Assembly (NCBI GenBank): GCA_965223845.1
Contig: CBDCXR010000004.1
Span: 1,184,001-1,248,000 of the forward strand
DNA length: 64,000 nt
Direction of reading: 5' to 3'
DNA from: Planctomycetota bacterium
Lineage (GTDB): Bacteria > Planctomycetota > UBA8108 > SXIK01
In this document: one piece after another, positions 51,641-63,900 of the stretch
Layout: each line of letters opens with the position of its first letter
Position numbering within the stretch: position 1 is the first letter of the stretch
Program-made: the position numbers and the translations under genes
Notes under the pieces: model-generated
Database searches by the model: none
Seen by the model: only the letters and a program-made list of their open reading frames with translations
Told to the model about the DNA's origin: nothing

Positions 51641-52564
51641 TCAGGAGTCGCCGCGGTCGACGTCCGTCTCGGCCGACGGAGCCGCGTCCGCCGGGGGATT
51701 GCGGTACGCCTCGATAACGGCGCTATTGTCCGCTGGTCCGAAGCCGCGCCGGATCGCTTCGTCGAGAAGATCGAGGTGTGCGGCGGATAGCGGCAGAATC
51801 GCCCCCTTCGCGCGTGCTTGCGCGAGGATCAGGTCGACGTCCTTGCGATGCTGAGAGAGACGCGCCTCGGTCGCGAAATCCCGGTCGACCATCTTGAGCC
51901 CCTTCGTGTCCATGATCCGCGAGTACGCGAGCGTACCCATGAGTACGTGGAGCGCCGTCGATGCGTCGAGCCCGAGTTCCTCGGCAAAGTGGAGCCCCTC
52001 CGCGAGCGCGGCACGATTGAGGCCGAGAACGAGATTACAGACGAGCTTCATCTGCGCGCCCGCGCCCGGCGGGCCGACGTGAATGGCCCGACGAGAGATC
52101 GCGCCGAGAAGCTCCGTCACTGCGTCGAAGGCGGAACTGGTCCCGCCGGCGAGAACGACGATGTCGCCCGAGCGAGCTTGGGCGCTCGAGCCGACAACCG
52201 TCGCGTCCAGAAACCGGACGCCGAGCGACGCCAGATCCGTCGCGAACGCGACGCTGTCATCCGGCGAACCGGTCGTGGTATCGACGACGATGTGTTCCGC
52301 GCGAAGAGAAGGGCGTATCTCCGCGAGTACGCCCCGAACGGAGTCGCTCGTCGGGAGGCTGAGAAGGAGGCGATTCGCGCGGGAGGCGACTTCGTGCGCA
52401 TCACGCCCGACTCGTGCACCTAGGGCGGCCGCGCGCTCGCGAGCGACCTCGCTCCGGTCGAACACGTCGAGCGACCAGCCGGCCGTGAGAAGGCGCTCGC
52501 CGAGGGCGGACCCGAGGAGGCCGAAGCCCACGATCCCGACCGAAGATCGCGGTGGGGCGTTCAT
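51641..52564 (-). CDS. NAD(P)-dependent beta-hydroxyacid dehydrogenase (3-hydroxyisobutyrate dehydrogenase family)
   Basis: GIVGFGLLG, FLDATVVGS, GAQMKLVCN, HRKDV. Confidence 0.88.
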   Translation of the reverse strand: MNAPPRSSVGIVGFGLLGSALGERLLTAGWSLDVFDRSEVARERAAALGARVGRDAHEVASRANRLLLSLPTSDSVRGVLAEIRPSLRAEHIVVDTTTGSPDDSVAFATDLASLGVRFLDATVVGSSAQARSGDIVVLAGGTSSAFDAVTELLGAISRRAIHVGPPGAGAQMKLVCNLVLGLNRAALAEGLHFAEELGLDASTALHVLMGTLAYSRIMDTKGLKMVDRDFATEARLSQHRKDVDLILAQARAKGAILPLSAAHLDLLDEAIRRGFGPADNSAVIEAYRNPPADAAPSAETDVDRGDS

Positions 52565-52667
52565 GAGGCTAGCTTTCTCCGTTTCGAGCGCGTCGTTATA
52601 CTCGATACCGCTAGGACCCGACGATGAAGATCGACGAACGCGACCGAACGAAAGAGAGGCGGATCGA

Positions 52668-55600
52668 GTGCCCATCTCGAAATCGACGCGAATTCGCCCG
52701 GGAGCTTCTGGAGGGCGGATCGCACTCGCAGCGATCGTAGTCTGCGGGATCGCGCTCTTGCCCGATCGGGGCCTCCCGACGCGTGCGGTTCTCCGCGCGG
52801 AGAACATATCTGCGGCCGACGGCGAGTTCTTCGAGCGCGAAGTGCGCCCGATCTTCGTCCGGCGCTGCTACGAGTGTCATTCGAGCACGACCAAGCAGAA
52901 GGGCGGTCTCGTGCTCGACTCGCGCGCCGGATGGGAGCGCGGCGGAGATCGCGGCCCCGCGGTCGTACCGGGGCGACCCGATCAGAGCCTCGTTCTGAAA
53001 GTGGTGTCCTACGAGGACCCCGATCTTCAGATGCCGCCGCGCGAAAAACTGAGCGCGCGCGAAATCGAAACGCTCGTGCGGTGGATCGAGCGCGGCGCGC
53101 CCGATCCCCGCGAAGCGGACGCGCCGCTAGCCTCTACGAGCGAGATCGACATCGCCTCTCGGCGCGCGGCGCACTGGGCGTGGCAGCCGATGGTCGCGCG
53201 TTCCCTTCCGCCCGTGAAGGATTCCGAATGGCCACGGGATCGTGTCGACGCCTGGATTCTCGCCCGACTCGAGGCGAGCGGCGTCGCGCCCGCCGAGCCG
53301 GCAGCGCCGGAAACGTGGCTCCGGCGCGCGACGTTCGACTTGATCGGCCTCCCGCCAACCGCCGAGGAAGTGACCGAGTTTCTCGCGAGCGATCCTTCCG
53401 ACCGCCGGGAGCGCGCCGTCGAGAGGCTCCTCGCCTCGCCGCACTTTGGTGAGAAATGGGCTCAACACTGGCTCGATCTTGTCCGCTACGCCGAGTCGCG
53501 CGGTCACGAGGGGGACTACACGATCCCCGCCGCGCATCACTACCGGGACTACGTGATCCGCGCGTTCAACCGCGACGTCCCGTACGACGTCCTTCTCACC
53601 GAGCACGTCGCGGGTGATCTCGTCGAGCCGCCGCGTCTCGATCCCGTGACGGGCGCGAACGAATCGGTGCAAGGCACCGGCTTCTGGTATCTCGGCGAGG
53701 CGTGTCACAGCCCGGTCGACATCCGCGGCGACGAATCCGACCGCGTCGCGAACCAGATCGACGTCTTCTCGAAGTCGTTTCTCGCGTTCACCGTCGGCTG
53801 CGCGCGTTGCCATGATCACAAGTTCGACGCGATCTCGACCGCCGACTACTACGCGCTGGCGGGCTACCTTCAGAGCTCGAGCTTTCACCTGCGCGACGTC
53901 GCCGATCCGCGCGCGCAGAGTCGCAGCGCCGACGCACTCGCCGCCCTCCGGGAGCGCGAGGGCCGCCGACTGGTCAGGGAGTTCGCCGCCGAGCTCGATA
54001 CTCGCGCGGTCGACATTCCCAAGTATCTACTCGCCGCGCGTTCGGCGGCGGCCGAGCCCGCAGACTCCACGCGCGTCGCTGAGGCGGGCGATCTCGACCC
54101 CGAGCGCCTCGGGGCATGGAAAGACGCGCTCGCGGCGGCCCGGAGCGACCTCGCCGATCCTCTCTATCCATTCGCGAGCCTCCCGGCCGGCAGTGACAGT
54201 CCCGCTTCGATCGCCGCCCATCTCGAGTCGGTGAGAGACCGATGGTCTGCCCGAGCGAACGAGGACGCCCAGCGCGCGAGCGAGCAAAAGGTCGTCCGTA
54301 CGATGACGAAGGGCGAGCGGAACTACGTTCGAACCGAACGTCCCGCCGAGAGCACGGACGTCGTCGTCGACTACGCTCGCCGCGGCACTGATCCCTGGAT
54401 CACGGTCGGGCACCGCTTCGGCGAAGGGCCCATGCGTGCGGGCTGGATCGTCTTCGGCGACGGGGAGGATCCGGTGCGCGAGGTGAACGCCTCTGCGGCC
54501 GCTCGCGACGACGGCTTGAGCGAGCGGCTGAGCGGGATGCTCCGCACAAAGACGTTCGAGGTGACCTCCGACACTCTCTGGTACGAGTACAAGGGGGAGG
54601 CGGACGTCTTCTTAGCGGTCGATTCGCATCGAATGGTCTCGGGTCCGCTCCACGGGGTCGTCCGGCAGAAGCTGAAGCCGAGCTCCGAGTATCGCTGGCA
54701 CGCGCACAACGTCCGCGAGTACATCGGGCATCGCGTCCACGTCGAGTTCACTCCGACTCGATCCTTCGCCCTCCGCGAGATCCGTTTTTCGGCGACCGCC
54801 CCGCAGTCGGTCTTCGGGACCAACGATCGGATCGCCCGCCTCGCGGCACTCGCGCCGCAGAATGTCGAGGAATTCGCGGCCCACTACGGGGCGCTCTTCC
54901 GAACGGTGATCGACGACCTGGCCGCGGACCGGATACGCGCGCGAGAAGACGCGGGAGCGAGCGAAATCGTCAACTGGCTCCTCGCGCGACGACCGCTCCT
55001 CGCTCCGGCGCCGAACACGCCGGCCTTCACGAAGGCCAGGCAGGCGTTCATTGATTCGCGTCGACGAATCGAGAAGACGATCCCTGCTCCGCTCCGCGTT
55101 CTCACGATGCTCGACGGCACCGGTGAGAACGAGCGCGTTCACATCCGCGGGAGTCATCGCTCCCTCGGAACCGAGGTTCAGCGCCGTACGCTCGCTGCGC
55201 TCGGAGGAGACTCTGCCTCTTCCGTACCTGTGGGAAGTGGCCGCCTCGAGCTCGCGCGTTCGCTGGCGTCGCCGGAGAATCCACTCGTCGCCCGCGTGTT
55301 CGTCAACCGGGTGTGGCACCACCTCTTCGGACGAGGAATCGTTCCGAGCGTCGACGATTTCGGCGTCATGGGACAAGCGCCGACGCATCCGGAGCTTCTC
55401 GACGATCTCGCACTTTCGTTCATTCACGACGGGTGGTCGCTGAAGCGACTCCTTCGGCGCCTCGTTCTTTCGCGTACGTACTCGATGTCGAGTCGCGTCG
55501 ATGGTCGCGCCGCGGAGGTCGATCCGAAGAACGAGCTCCTTCACCGTATGCCGATTCGTCGTCTCACGGGCGAAGCGATTCGCGATGCGCTCCTACAGAT

Positions 55601-56114
55601 CGCGGGGCGTCTCGATCGGACGCCGTTCGGTCCGAGCGTCATGGTGCACATCACGCCGTTCATGCGCGGAAACCGAAGCCCGAGCGAGAGCGGCCCGGTC
55701 GACAGCAACGGACGGAGAAGCATCTATATCCGCGTTCTCCGGAACCACCTCTCTCACTTCTTGCTCGCGTTCGATAAGCCGATCCCGTTCACGACGATCG
55801 GCCGGAGGACCGTCTCGAACTCGCCCGCTCAGCCCCTGATCCTCCTCAACGACCCCCTCGTCCACGCCCTCGTCGAGCAGTGGGCGAAGAGGCTCGTCGA
55901 CGAGGCGCCGGACTCTCCGATTGCGGACGCGGTGGAGCGCGCGCACCGGGACGCGTTCGGTCGCCGCGCGACTTCGGACGACGTCGCGATGGCCGTCGCG
56001 TACTTCGAGTCGATCGCAGCCGGCGCGAAGCGTACCCGCGATGTGCCGGATTCAGCGTGGGCTGAGTACTGTCACGTGCTCATCAATACGAAAGAGTTCA
56101 TCTTTCTTCGTTGA
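52668..56114 (+). CDS. planctomycete cytochrome c (PSCyt1) + DUF1549 + DUF1553 protein
   Basis: FFEREVRPIF..CYECH; LRRATFDLIGLPP, WLDLVRYAES, CARCHDHKFD; NPLVARVFVNRVWHHLFGRG, EAIRD; start uncertain. Confidence 0.92.
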   Translation: MPISKSTRIRPGASGGRIALAAIVVCGIALLPDRGLPTRAVLRAENISAADGEFFEREVRPIFVRRCYECHSSTTKQKGGLVLDSRAGWERGGDRGPAVVPGRPDQSLVLKVVSYEDPDLQMPPREKLSAREIETLVRWIERGAPDPREADAPLASTSEIDIASRRAAHWAWQPMVARSLPPVKDSEWPRDRVDAWILARLEASGVAPAEPAAPETWLRRATFDLIGLPPTAEEVTEFLASDPSDRRERAVERLLASPHFGEKWAQHWLDLVRYAESRGHEGDYTIPAAHHYRDYVIRAFNRDVPYDVLLTEHVAGDLVEPPRLDPVTGANESVQGTGFWYLGEACHSPVDIRGDESDRVANQIDVFSKSFLAFTVGCARCHDHKFDAISTADYYALAGYLQSSSFHLRDVADPRAQSRSADALAALREREGRRLVREFAAELDTRAVDIPKYLLAARSAAAEPADSTRVAEAGDLDPERLGAWKDALAAARSDLADPLYPFASLPAGSDSPASIAAHLESVRDRWSARANEDAQRASEQKVVRTMTKGERNYVRTERPAESTDVVVDYARRGTDPWITVGHRFGEGPMRAGWIVFGDGEDPVREVNASAAARDDGLSERLSGMLRTKTFEVTSDTLWYEYKGEADVFLAVDSHRMVSGPLHGVVRQKLKPSSEYRWHAHNVREYIGHRVHVEFTPTRSFALREIRFSATAPQSVFGTNDRIARLAALAPQNVEEFAAHYGALFRTVIDDLAADRIRAREDAGASEIVNWLLARRPLLAPAPNTPAFTKARQAFIDSRRRIEKTIPAPLRVLTMLDGTGENERVHIRGSHRSLGTEVQRRTLAALGGDSASSVPVGSGRLELARSLASPENPLVARVFVNRVWHHLFGRGIVPSVDDFGVMGQAPTHPELLDDLALSFIHDGWSLKRLLRRLVLSRTYSMSSRVDGRAAEVDPKNELLHRMPIRRLTGEAIRDALLQIAGRLDRTPFGPSVMVHITPFMRGNRSPSESGPVDSNGRRSIYIRVLRNHLSHFLLAFDKPIPFTTIGRRTVSNSPAQPLILLNDPLVHALVEQWAKRLVDEAPDSPIADAVERAHRDAFGRRATSDDVAMAVAYFESIAAGAKRTRDVPDSAWAEYCHVLINTKEFIFLR

Positions 56115-56129
56115 GGAACCACCCTGGCC

Positions 56130-57554
56130 ATGCACTGCCGTCGATTTCTGCCGCAGCCGATGAGTCGCCGCGAGATGCTGCTTCGCTCCGCCACGGGATT
56201 CGGTGGTGTGGCGCTCTCAGCCATGTTGACCGAGCAGGCGATGGCGCGGAGCTCGACCAATCCTCTCGCCCCGGTCGCGACGCATTTTCCCGCGCGCGCG
56301 AAGAGTGTCATTTTCCTCTACATGGACGGCGGAGTTTCCCAGGTCGATTCCTTCGATCCGAAGCCGCGCCTCGATCGCGAGCACGGCCAGAGCTTTCGCG
56401 CGAAGATCGAGCCCACGCAGTTCGACAATATCGGGAAGACTCTCAAGTCGCCGTGGGCGTTTCGCCGCTACGGCGAGGCGGGGATGGAGGTGAGCGATCT
56501 CTTCCCTCACATCGGCCGCTGCGCGGATGAGCTCTGCGTGATCCGCTCGATGGTATCGGAGTTCTCCGAGCACCAGACGGCGAACTACTTCCTTCACTCG
56601 TGTTTTGGTCAGCAGGGGCGACCGAGTGCCGGCGCGTGGATCGGATACGGTCTCGGCAGCGAGAGCGACGAACTGCCGAGCTACGTTGTGATCAACGGCG
56701 GCCTGATCCCGTCTGGCGGAATCGACTGCTTTGGTAGCAGCTTTCTCCCGGCGACGTTTCAGGGGACGGTGTTCAAGCCCGACGAGAATCCGGTCGCAAA
56801 CATCCGACCGCGTGAGCGGGATCCGTCGGCGCAGCGAAGAAAGATGGCGCTCCTCCGGCGGCTCGATCGCGGCGTACTCGAGCGCTACGGGAGCGTCGAC
56901 GCCCTCGAGTCGGCGATCGCGAACTACGAAACCGCCGCAAAGATGCAGACGGCCGTGCCCGAGCTCATCCGCTTCGGAGATGAGACGCCCGCGACGCGGC
57001 GGCTCTACGGGCTCGAGTCGAGCTACGAACCGACTACGATCTTCGGGCGACAGTGTCTTCTCGCGAGGCGCATGGTCGAGCGCGGGGTTCGCTTCATCGA
57101 GCTCACCTGCCCGCGCATCTCGGGAAACGACCGTTGGGACGCGCACAGCGGTCTGAGGAAGAACCACGGCGACAACTCGCGCGCCGTCGATCAGCCGATC
57201 GCGGCACTCATTCAGGACCTCAAATCCCGTGGACTCCTGGAGCAGACCTTGATCGTCTGGGCGGGGGAGTTCGGGCGAACCCCGTTCGCGCAGGGCGCGA
57301 ATGGGCGGGATCACAGTCCGTTCGGGTTCTCGATCTTCCTCGCCGGCGGCGGGACAAAGGGCGGGACGGTCTACGGCGAGACCGACGAGTACGGCTACCG
57401 CGTGATCTCGGGCCGCGTCGAAATGTTCGACCTCCACGCCACGATCCTCCACCTGCTCGGTCTAGACCACACTCGCCTCACGTACCGATTCGGCGGCCGC
57501 GACATGCGGCTGACCGACGTCCACGGGCACGTCGTTCACGATCTGTTGGCTTGA
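56130..57554 (+). CDS. DUF1501 domain protein
   Basis: SRREML signal, AKSVIFLYMDGGVSQVDSFDPKP, WDAH, GEFGRTP, RDH, DLHATILHLLG; the usual partner of DUF1549/1553. Confidence 0.93.
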   Translation: MHCRRFLPQPMSRREMLLRSATGFGGVALSAMLTEQAMARSSTNPLAPVATHFPARAKSVIFLYMDGGVSQVDSFDPKPRLDREHGQSFRAKIEPTQFDNIGKTLKSPWAFRRYGEAGMEVSDLFPHIGRCADELCVIRSMVSEFSEHQTANYFLHSCFGQQGRPSAGAWIGYGLGSESDELPSYVVINGGLIPSGGIDCFGSSFLPATFQGTVFKPDENPVANIRPRERDPSAQRRKMALLRRLDRGVLERYGSVDALESAIANYETAAKMQTAVPELIRFGDETPATRRLYGLESSYEPTTIFGRQCLLARRMVERGVRFIELTCPRISGNDRWDAHSGLRKNHGDNSRAVDQPIAALIQDLKSRGLLEQTLIVWAGEFGRTPFAQGANGRDHSPFGFSIFLAGGGTKGGTVYGETDEYGYRVISGRVEMFDLHATILHLLGLDHTRLTYRFGGRDMRLTDVHGHVVHDLLA

Positions 57555-57905
57555 CCGGGCGCGCGGTACTGACGTTGCGGCTGGTGTGAGGGCAGTGTTC
57601 GGATCTCCCGAGCCCGGCGGTGCTCGTCCGCATGGATCCGAGGACGCCGCGGATTTTTCGGCGTCCTTGACTCGGCCGAACAGGGGGGCACCCCCATGAA
57701 GGGCGCGAGAAATCCAGGCAAAGTATCGCCTGCGATCGCCTCCGCCCATAGAATGGACCTCCGGTGGAGTCTTTGGGTAGGGTATCCTTCGGCTCCTTAT
57801 TCCAGCGCCATTTCATCCACTTTGACTTAGCGCCACGCGTGTCGTCGGCAGGGCGGTGAAGCCGTTCCGTGCCCCGGCCGGTGCTCTCTCACGGAATCTT
57901 GAGTC

Positions 57906-60900
57906 ATGATTGAGATGTGGAGTTTCCTCGCGCGCGCCGGCCGATCGAGTTGGCGCATCGGATGGATCGTCATCCTCGCCGCGACGCCTGCGTTCGCCGT
58001 TGACACGGATCTCGACGGCATCGATGACGAAGTCGACAACTGTCCGACCGTCGCGAACGCTGACCAGACGGACACCGACGGCGATGGTCTCGGGGATGCC
58101 TGCGACACCGACGACGACGGCGACACCGTCGAAGACACCTCGGACAATTGCCCGCTCGACGTCAACACCGACCAATCGGACATCGATCTCGATGGCCTCG
58201 GCGACGTCTGCGACGAGGACGACGATGGCGACGGGGTCGATGATTCCACCGACAACTGCCCGGTGGATGCGAATCCAGCGCAATCCGATCTAGACGGCGA
58301 CGGCCTCGGCGACGCGTGCGACGCCGATGACGACGGTGACGGAGTCGACGACGGCGTCGACAACTGTCCCATGGACGCCAACGCCGGGCAGGAGGATCTC
58401 GACGGCGACGGCGTGGGGGATGCCTGCGACGCGGACGACGACGGCGACGGCGTCGACGACGGTAGCGACAACTGTCCGCTGGACGCCAATCCCGGTCAGG
58501 CCGACAAGGACAACGATGGCCTAGGGGACGCTTGCGACGACGACGATGACGGCGACGGCGTTCTCGACGTCAACGACAACTGCCCGCTCAACTGGAACGC
58601 GAAGCAAGCGGACCTCGATCAGGACGGGATCGGCGACGCCTGCGACGACGACGACGACGGCGACGGCGTTCTCGACGTCAATGACAACTGCGTGCGGACC
58701 GTCAATCCCGATCAGACCGACTCCGACGGAGACGGGATCGGCGACGCTTGCGACTCGGACCTCGACGGCGACGGGGTGATCGACGACGAGGACAACTGTC
58801 CGTCGACTCCGAACGCGGGTCAGGAGGATCTCGATCTCGACGGCCTCGGCGACGTCTGCGACGCGGACGACGACGGTGACGGAGTCGACGACGATGTCGA
58901 CAATTGCCCCGTCGACGCGAATGCGGGGCAGTCGGACCTCGACGGCGACGGCCTCGGTGACGCGTGCGACGCAGACGACGACGGTGACGGAGTCGACGAC
59001 GGCGTGGACAATTGCCCCGTCGACGTCAACGCGGATCAGGCGGATCTCGACGGCGACGGAATCGGCGATGTGTGCGACGCGGACGACGACGGGGATGGTG
59101 TCGACGACGATGTCGACAACTGCCCCGTCGACGCGAATGCGGGTCAGTCGGACCTCGACGGCGACGGCCTCGGTGACGCGTGCGACGCAGACGACGACGG
59201 TGACGGAGTCGACGACGGTGCGGACAACTGCCCCGCGACGCCGAATGCGGATCAGTCGGATCTCGACGGCGACGGAATCGGCGACGCGTGCGATAACGAC
59301 GGCGACGGCGACGGGGTCGCGGACGACGTCGACAATTGTCCCGCCGATCCGAATGCGGATCAGTCGGACCTCGACGGAGACGGCCTCGGTGACGTCTGCG
59401 ACGCGGACGACGACGGGGATGGTGTCGACGACGGCGCGGACAACTGCCCCGTAACGGCGAACTCCGATCAGTCGGACCTCGACGGTGACGGCGCCGGTGA
59501 CGCTTGCGATGCGGACGACGACGGTGACGGCGTCGACGACGGCGCGGACAATTGTCCCGCGACGGCGAACGCGGATCAGGCGGACCTCGATGGTGATGGC
59601 ATCGGTGACGTTTGCGATCCCGACGTCGACGGCGACGGCGTCGCGGACGGGGCGGACAACTGTCCTCTGATCGCGAACGCGGATCAGTCGGACCTCGACG
59701 GTGACGGCGCCGGTGACGCTTGCGACGCGGACGACGACGGTGACGGCGTCGACGACGGTGCGGACAACTGTCCCGCGACGGCGAATGCGGATCAGTCGGA
59801 CCTCGACGGTGACGGAATCGGTGACGCGTGCGACAACGACGGTGACGGCGACGGCGTCACCGACGACGTCGACAACTGCCCCTCGATCGCGAACGCGGAT
59901 CAGGCCGATCTCGACGGTGACGGTCTCGGCGACGTCTGCGATGCGGACGACGACGGTGACGGCGTCGACGATGGCTCGGACAACTGCCCGACGACGGCGA
60001 ACGCGGATCAGGCCGATCTCGACGGTGATGGTCTCGGCGACGTCTGCGACGCGGACGACGACGGCGATGGGACGGACGATGGTGCGGACAACTGTCCGAC
60101 CGATGCGAACGCGGATCAATCGGACCTCGACGGTGACGGTCTCGGCGATGTCTGCGACGCCGACGACGACGGCGACGGCGTCACCGATGACGTCGACAAC
60201 TGCCCGACCGACGCGAATATCGATCAGTCGGACCTCGACGGCGACGGTCTCGGCGATGTCTGCGACGCCGACGACGACGGCGACGGTGTGCCGGACGGCT
60301 CGGACAACTGTCCCGCGACGGCGAATGCGGATCAGTCGGATCTCGACGGCGACGGTCTCGGCGACGTCTGCGACGGTGATGGCGACGGCGACGGAGTCGA
60401 GGACGGGGCCGACAACTGCCCGTCGATCGCGAATCCGGATCAAGCGGATCTCGATGGCGACGGCCTCGGCGACGTCTGCGACGCGGACGACGACGGTGAC
60501 GGCGTCGACGACGGTGCGGACAACTGTCCCGCGACGGCGAACGCGGATCAGTCGGACCTCGACGGCGACGGCCTCGGCGACGCCTGCGACGCGGACGACG
60601 ACGGCGATGGTACGGACGACGGTGCGGACAACTGTCCGACCGACGCGAACGCGGATCAATCGGACCTCGACGGCGACGGTCTCGGCGATGTCTGCGATCC
60701 GGACGACGACGGCGACGGCGTCACGGACGGCGTGGACAATTGTCCCGTCGACACGAATCCGGCCCAGGCGGATCTCGACGGCGACGGCCTCGGCGACGCC
60801 TGCGACGTGGACGACGACGGCGACGGGACGATCGACGATACCGACAATTGCCCGACGACGCCGAACGCGGATCAGTCGGATGTCGACGGTGACGGTCTCG

Positions 60901-63900
60901 GCGACGCCTGCGATGCGGACGACGACGGTGACGGCGTTGCCGACGGCGCGGACAACTGTCCGTCCAACCCGAACCCGAAGCAGGCGAATCTCGACGGCGA
61001 CGCCCTCGGCGACGCCTGCGACCCGGACGACGACAACGACGGCATCGACGACGGTCCGGACAACTGCCCGCGGAATGTGAATCCCGACCAGAGCGACATC
61101 GACGGCGACGGCGTCGGTGACGTCTGTGACGGCGACCGCGACGGCGACGCGATTCCCGACAGTCGCGACAATTGCCCGGCGATTCCAAACTTCGATCAGG
61201 CGGACCTCGACGGCGACGGTCTCGGCGACATCTGCGACGCGGACGACGACGGCGATGGCGTTGACGATGGCGTGGACAACTGCCCGGTCGACGCAAACCC
61301 GAGTCAGTCTGACGTCGATCAGGACGGCCTCGGCGATGCGTGCGATCCGGACGACGACAACGACGGCGTGCCCGACGGCACCGACAACTGTCCGACCGAC
61401 GTGAATGCCGATCAGGCGGATCTCGATCAAGACGGTCTCGGCGACGTGTGTGACCTGGACGACGACCGCGACGGTGTCGCCGACGACGTCGACAACTGCC
61501 CGCGAGTCCAGAATGTCGACCAAGGCGACCTCGATCAGGACGGCCAGGGCGACGCGTGCGATGCGGACGACGACGGTGATGGCGTCGACGACGCGAGTGA
61601 CAACTGTCCCCGGATCTCGAATCCGAACCAGAACGACGTGGACGGCGACGGCCTCGGGGACGTGTGCGACGGCGACGGCGACGGCGACGGCGTTCTCGAC
61701 GACGTGGACAATTGCCCGAACGACGCGAACTCCGATCAACTTGACATCGACCAGGATGGTCTCGGTGACGTCTGCGACCCGGACGACGACGGCGACGGCG
61801 TCGCCGACGGTGCGGACAACTGCCCGCGCGCCGCGAACGCGAGCCAAACCGACACCGACGGTGACGGTGACGGCGACGCGTGCGATGCGGACGACGACGG
61901 CGACGGCGTCGACGACTTCGCGGACAACTGCCCGCTGATCGTGAACGGGAACCAAGCCGATCTCGACCAGGACGGCATGGGCGACGCGTGTGACGCAGAC
62001 GACGATGGAGACGGAGTTTCCGACGACGCGGACAACTGCCCGCGGAACCTCAACATCGATCAGGCCGACCTCGACGGAGACGGAATCGGGGACGTCTGCG
62101 ACCCGGATGTCGACGGCGATGGAGTCGCCGACGATGGGGACAACTGTCCGCTTGACGCGAACGCCAACCAGGCGGATCTCGACGACGACGGGATCGGTGA
62201 CGTGTGCGACTCCGACGACGACGGAGACGGGGTGGCCGACGATGTCGACAGTTGTCCGCGTGACGTCAACCCGAACCAGGCGGACGCAGACCAAGATGGC
62301 GTGGGTGACGCGTGCGACCCCGACATCGACGGCGACGGCACGGACAACGCGGCCGACAACTGTCCGACGGACGTGAACTCCGATCAGGCCGATCTCGATG
62401 GCGACGGCCTCGGCGACGTGTGCGACTCCGACGACGACGGAGACGGGGTTTCCGACGATGCGGACAACTGCCCCGTGGACTCGAATCCCGATCAGGCGGA
62501 CGAGGACGGAGACGGGATGGGAGACGCTTGCGATCTTCCCGACGCCGACGAGGACGGCATCCCGGATATCAACGACAACTGCGTCGAAATCGTAAACCCC
62601 GACCAGACTGACACGGACGGCGACGGCGTGGGTGACGCGTGCGACGCGGATGACGATGGTGACGGTGTCGAGGACGGCGCGGACAATTGTCCGCTCGTCG
62701 ACAATGCCGACCAGGCCGACCTCGACACGGACGGCATGGGCGACGCGTGCGATGCAGACGACGACGGCGACGGCATCGACGACGCGACCGACAACTGCCC
62801 GCGCGACCCGAACGCCGATCAGGTGGACGGTGACTTCGACGGCTTCGGCGATGCGTGCGATGACGACGACGACGCGGACGGAACACCGGACGAGGACGAC
62901 AACTGTCCGATGGTCACGAACCCGACGCAGTCGGACCTCGACGGTGATGAGATCGGTGACGCATGCGACAACGACATCGACAACGATGGCGTTCTGAACG
63001 AGGCCGACAACTGCGTCGACGTTCCGAACACGGATCAAGATGACCTCGACCAGGACGGAATCGGCGACGACTGCGACGCGGACGTCGACGGCGACGACGT
63101 CGCGAACGGAGACGACAACTGTCCCGAGGCTCCGAATCCCGGACAACCCGACCTCGACGTCGACGGGATCGGCGACGTATGCGACAACTGCCCGATCGTC
63201 CCCAACCCCGATCAGGCGGACTCCGACGACGACGGCTTCGGCGATGTCTGCGACGAAGCCACCGATTTCGACTTCGACGGCATCGACGACGACGTCGACA
63301 ACTGTCCCGACACCGCCAATCCAGACCAGGCCGACGCCGATCAGGACGGCGAGGGTGATGCCTGCGACTCCGACTCGGATGCCGACGAGGACTTCATCGC
63401 CGATATCACCGACAACTGCCCGACGGTGCCGAACACGGGTCAGACGGACACGGACGAGGACGGCATCGGGGACGCGTGCGACGGAGATCTCGACGGCGAC
63501 GGCGTTCCTAACGACTCGGACAACTGCGAATCCCTTCCGAACGCGAACCAGGTCGATCTCGATCAGGATGGCGCCGGCGACGTCTGCGATCCGGACGACG
63601 ACGATGACGGGATCATCGACGACGAGGACAACTGCCCCGCGACGGCGAACCCGAGTCAGACCGATCTCGACACCGATCAGATCGGTGACGCCTGCGACGC
63701 CGACCGCGACGGGGACGGCGTCGCCAACGGAGCCGACAACTGCCCCGACGTGCCAAACGCCGATCAGCTCGACTCGAACGACGACGGAGTCGGGGACGCG
63801 TGCGGAACGGGCGGCTCCCGCGATTTCATCCGCGGCGACTCGAACAACGACGACCGCGTCGATATCGCCGACCCGATCTACCTCGTGAATTATCTCTTCC

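Noticed and set aside
57641-57667. Intrinsic terminator after DUF1501 (AGGACGCCG/CGGCGTCCT stem)
   Set aside because: The stem is present but has no following U-tract, so it is not called as a terminator.
58521-63146. 1541-aa minus-strand ORF (Val/Ala/Arg-rich) and many Thr-rich plus-strand ORFs
   Set aside because: These are shadow frames of the GAC-rich TSP3 array; only the frame from 57906 gives a signal peptide, a known motif and a dockerin.
58035-63803. CRISPR array
   Set aside because: The repeats are degenerate, contiguous and codon-phased with no unique spacers, and no cas genes are present.
63831-63839. RGD integrin-binding motif in the giant repeat protein
   Set aside because: It is part of the conserved FxRGD start of the dockerin calcium loop and is not evidence of host adhesion.
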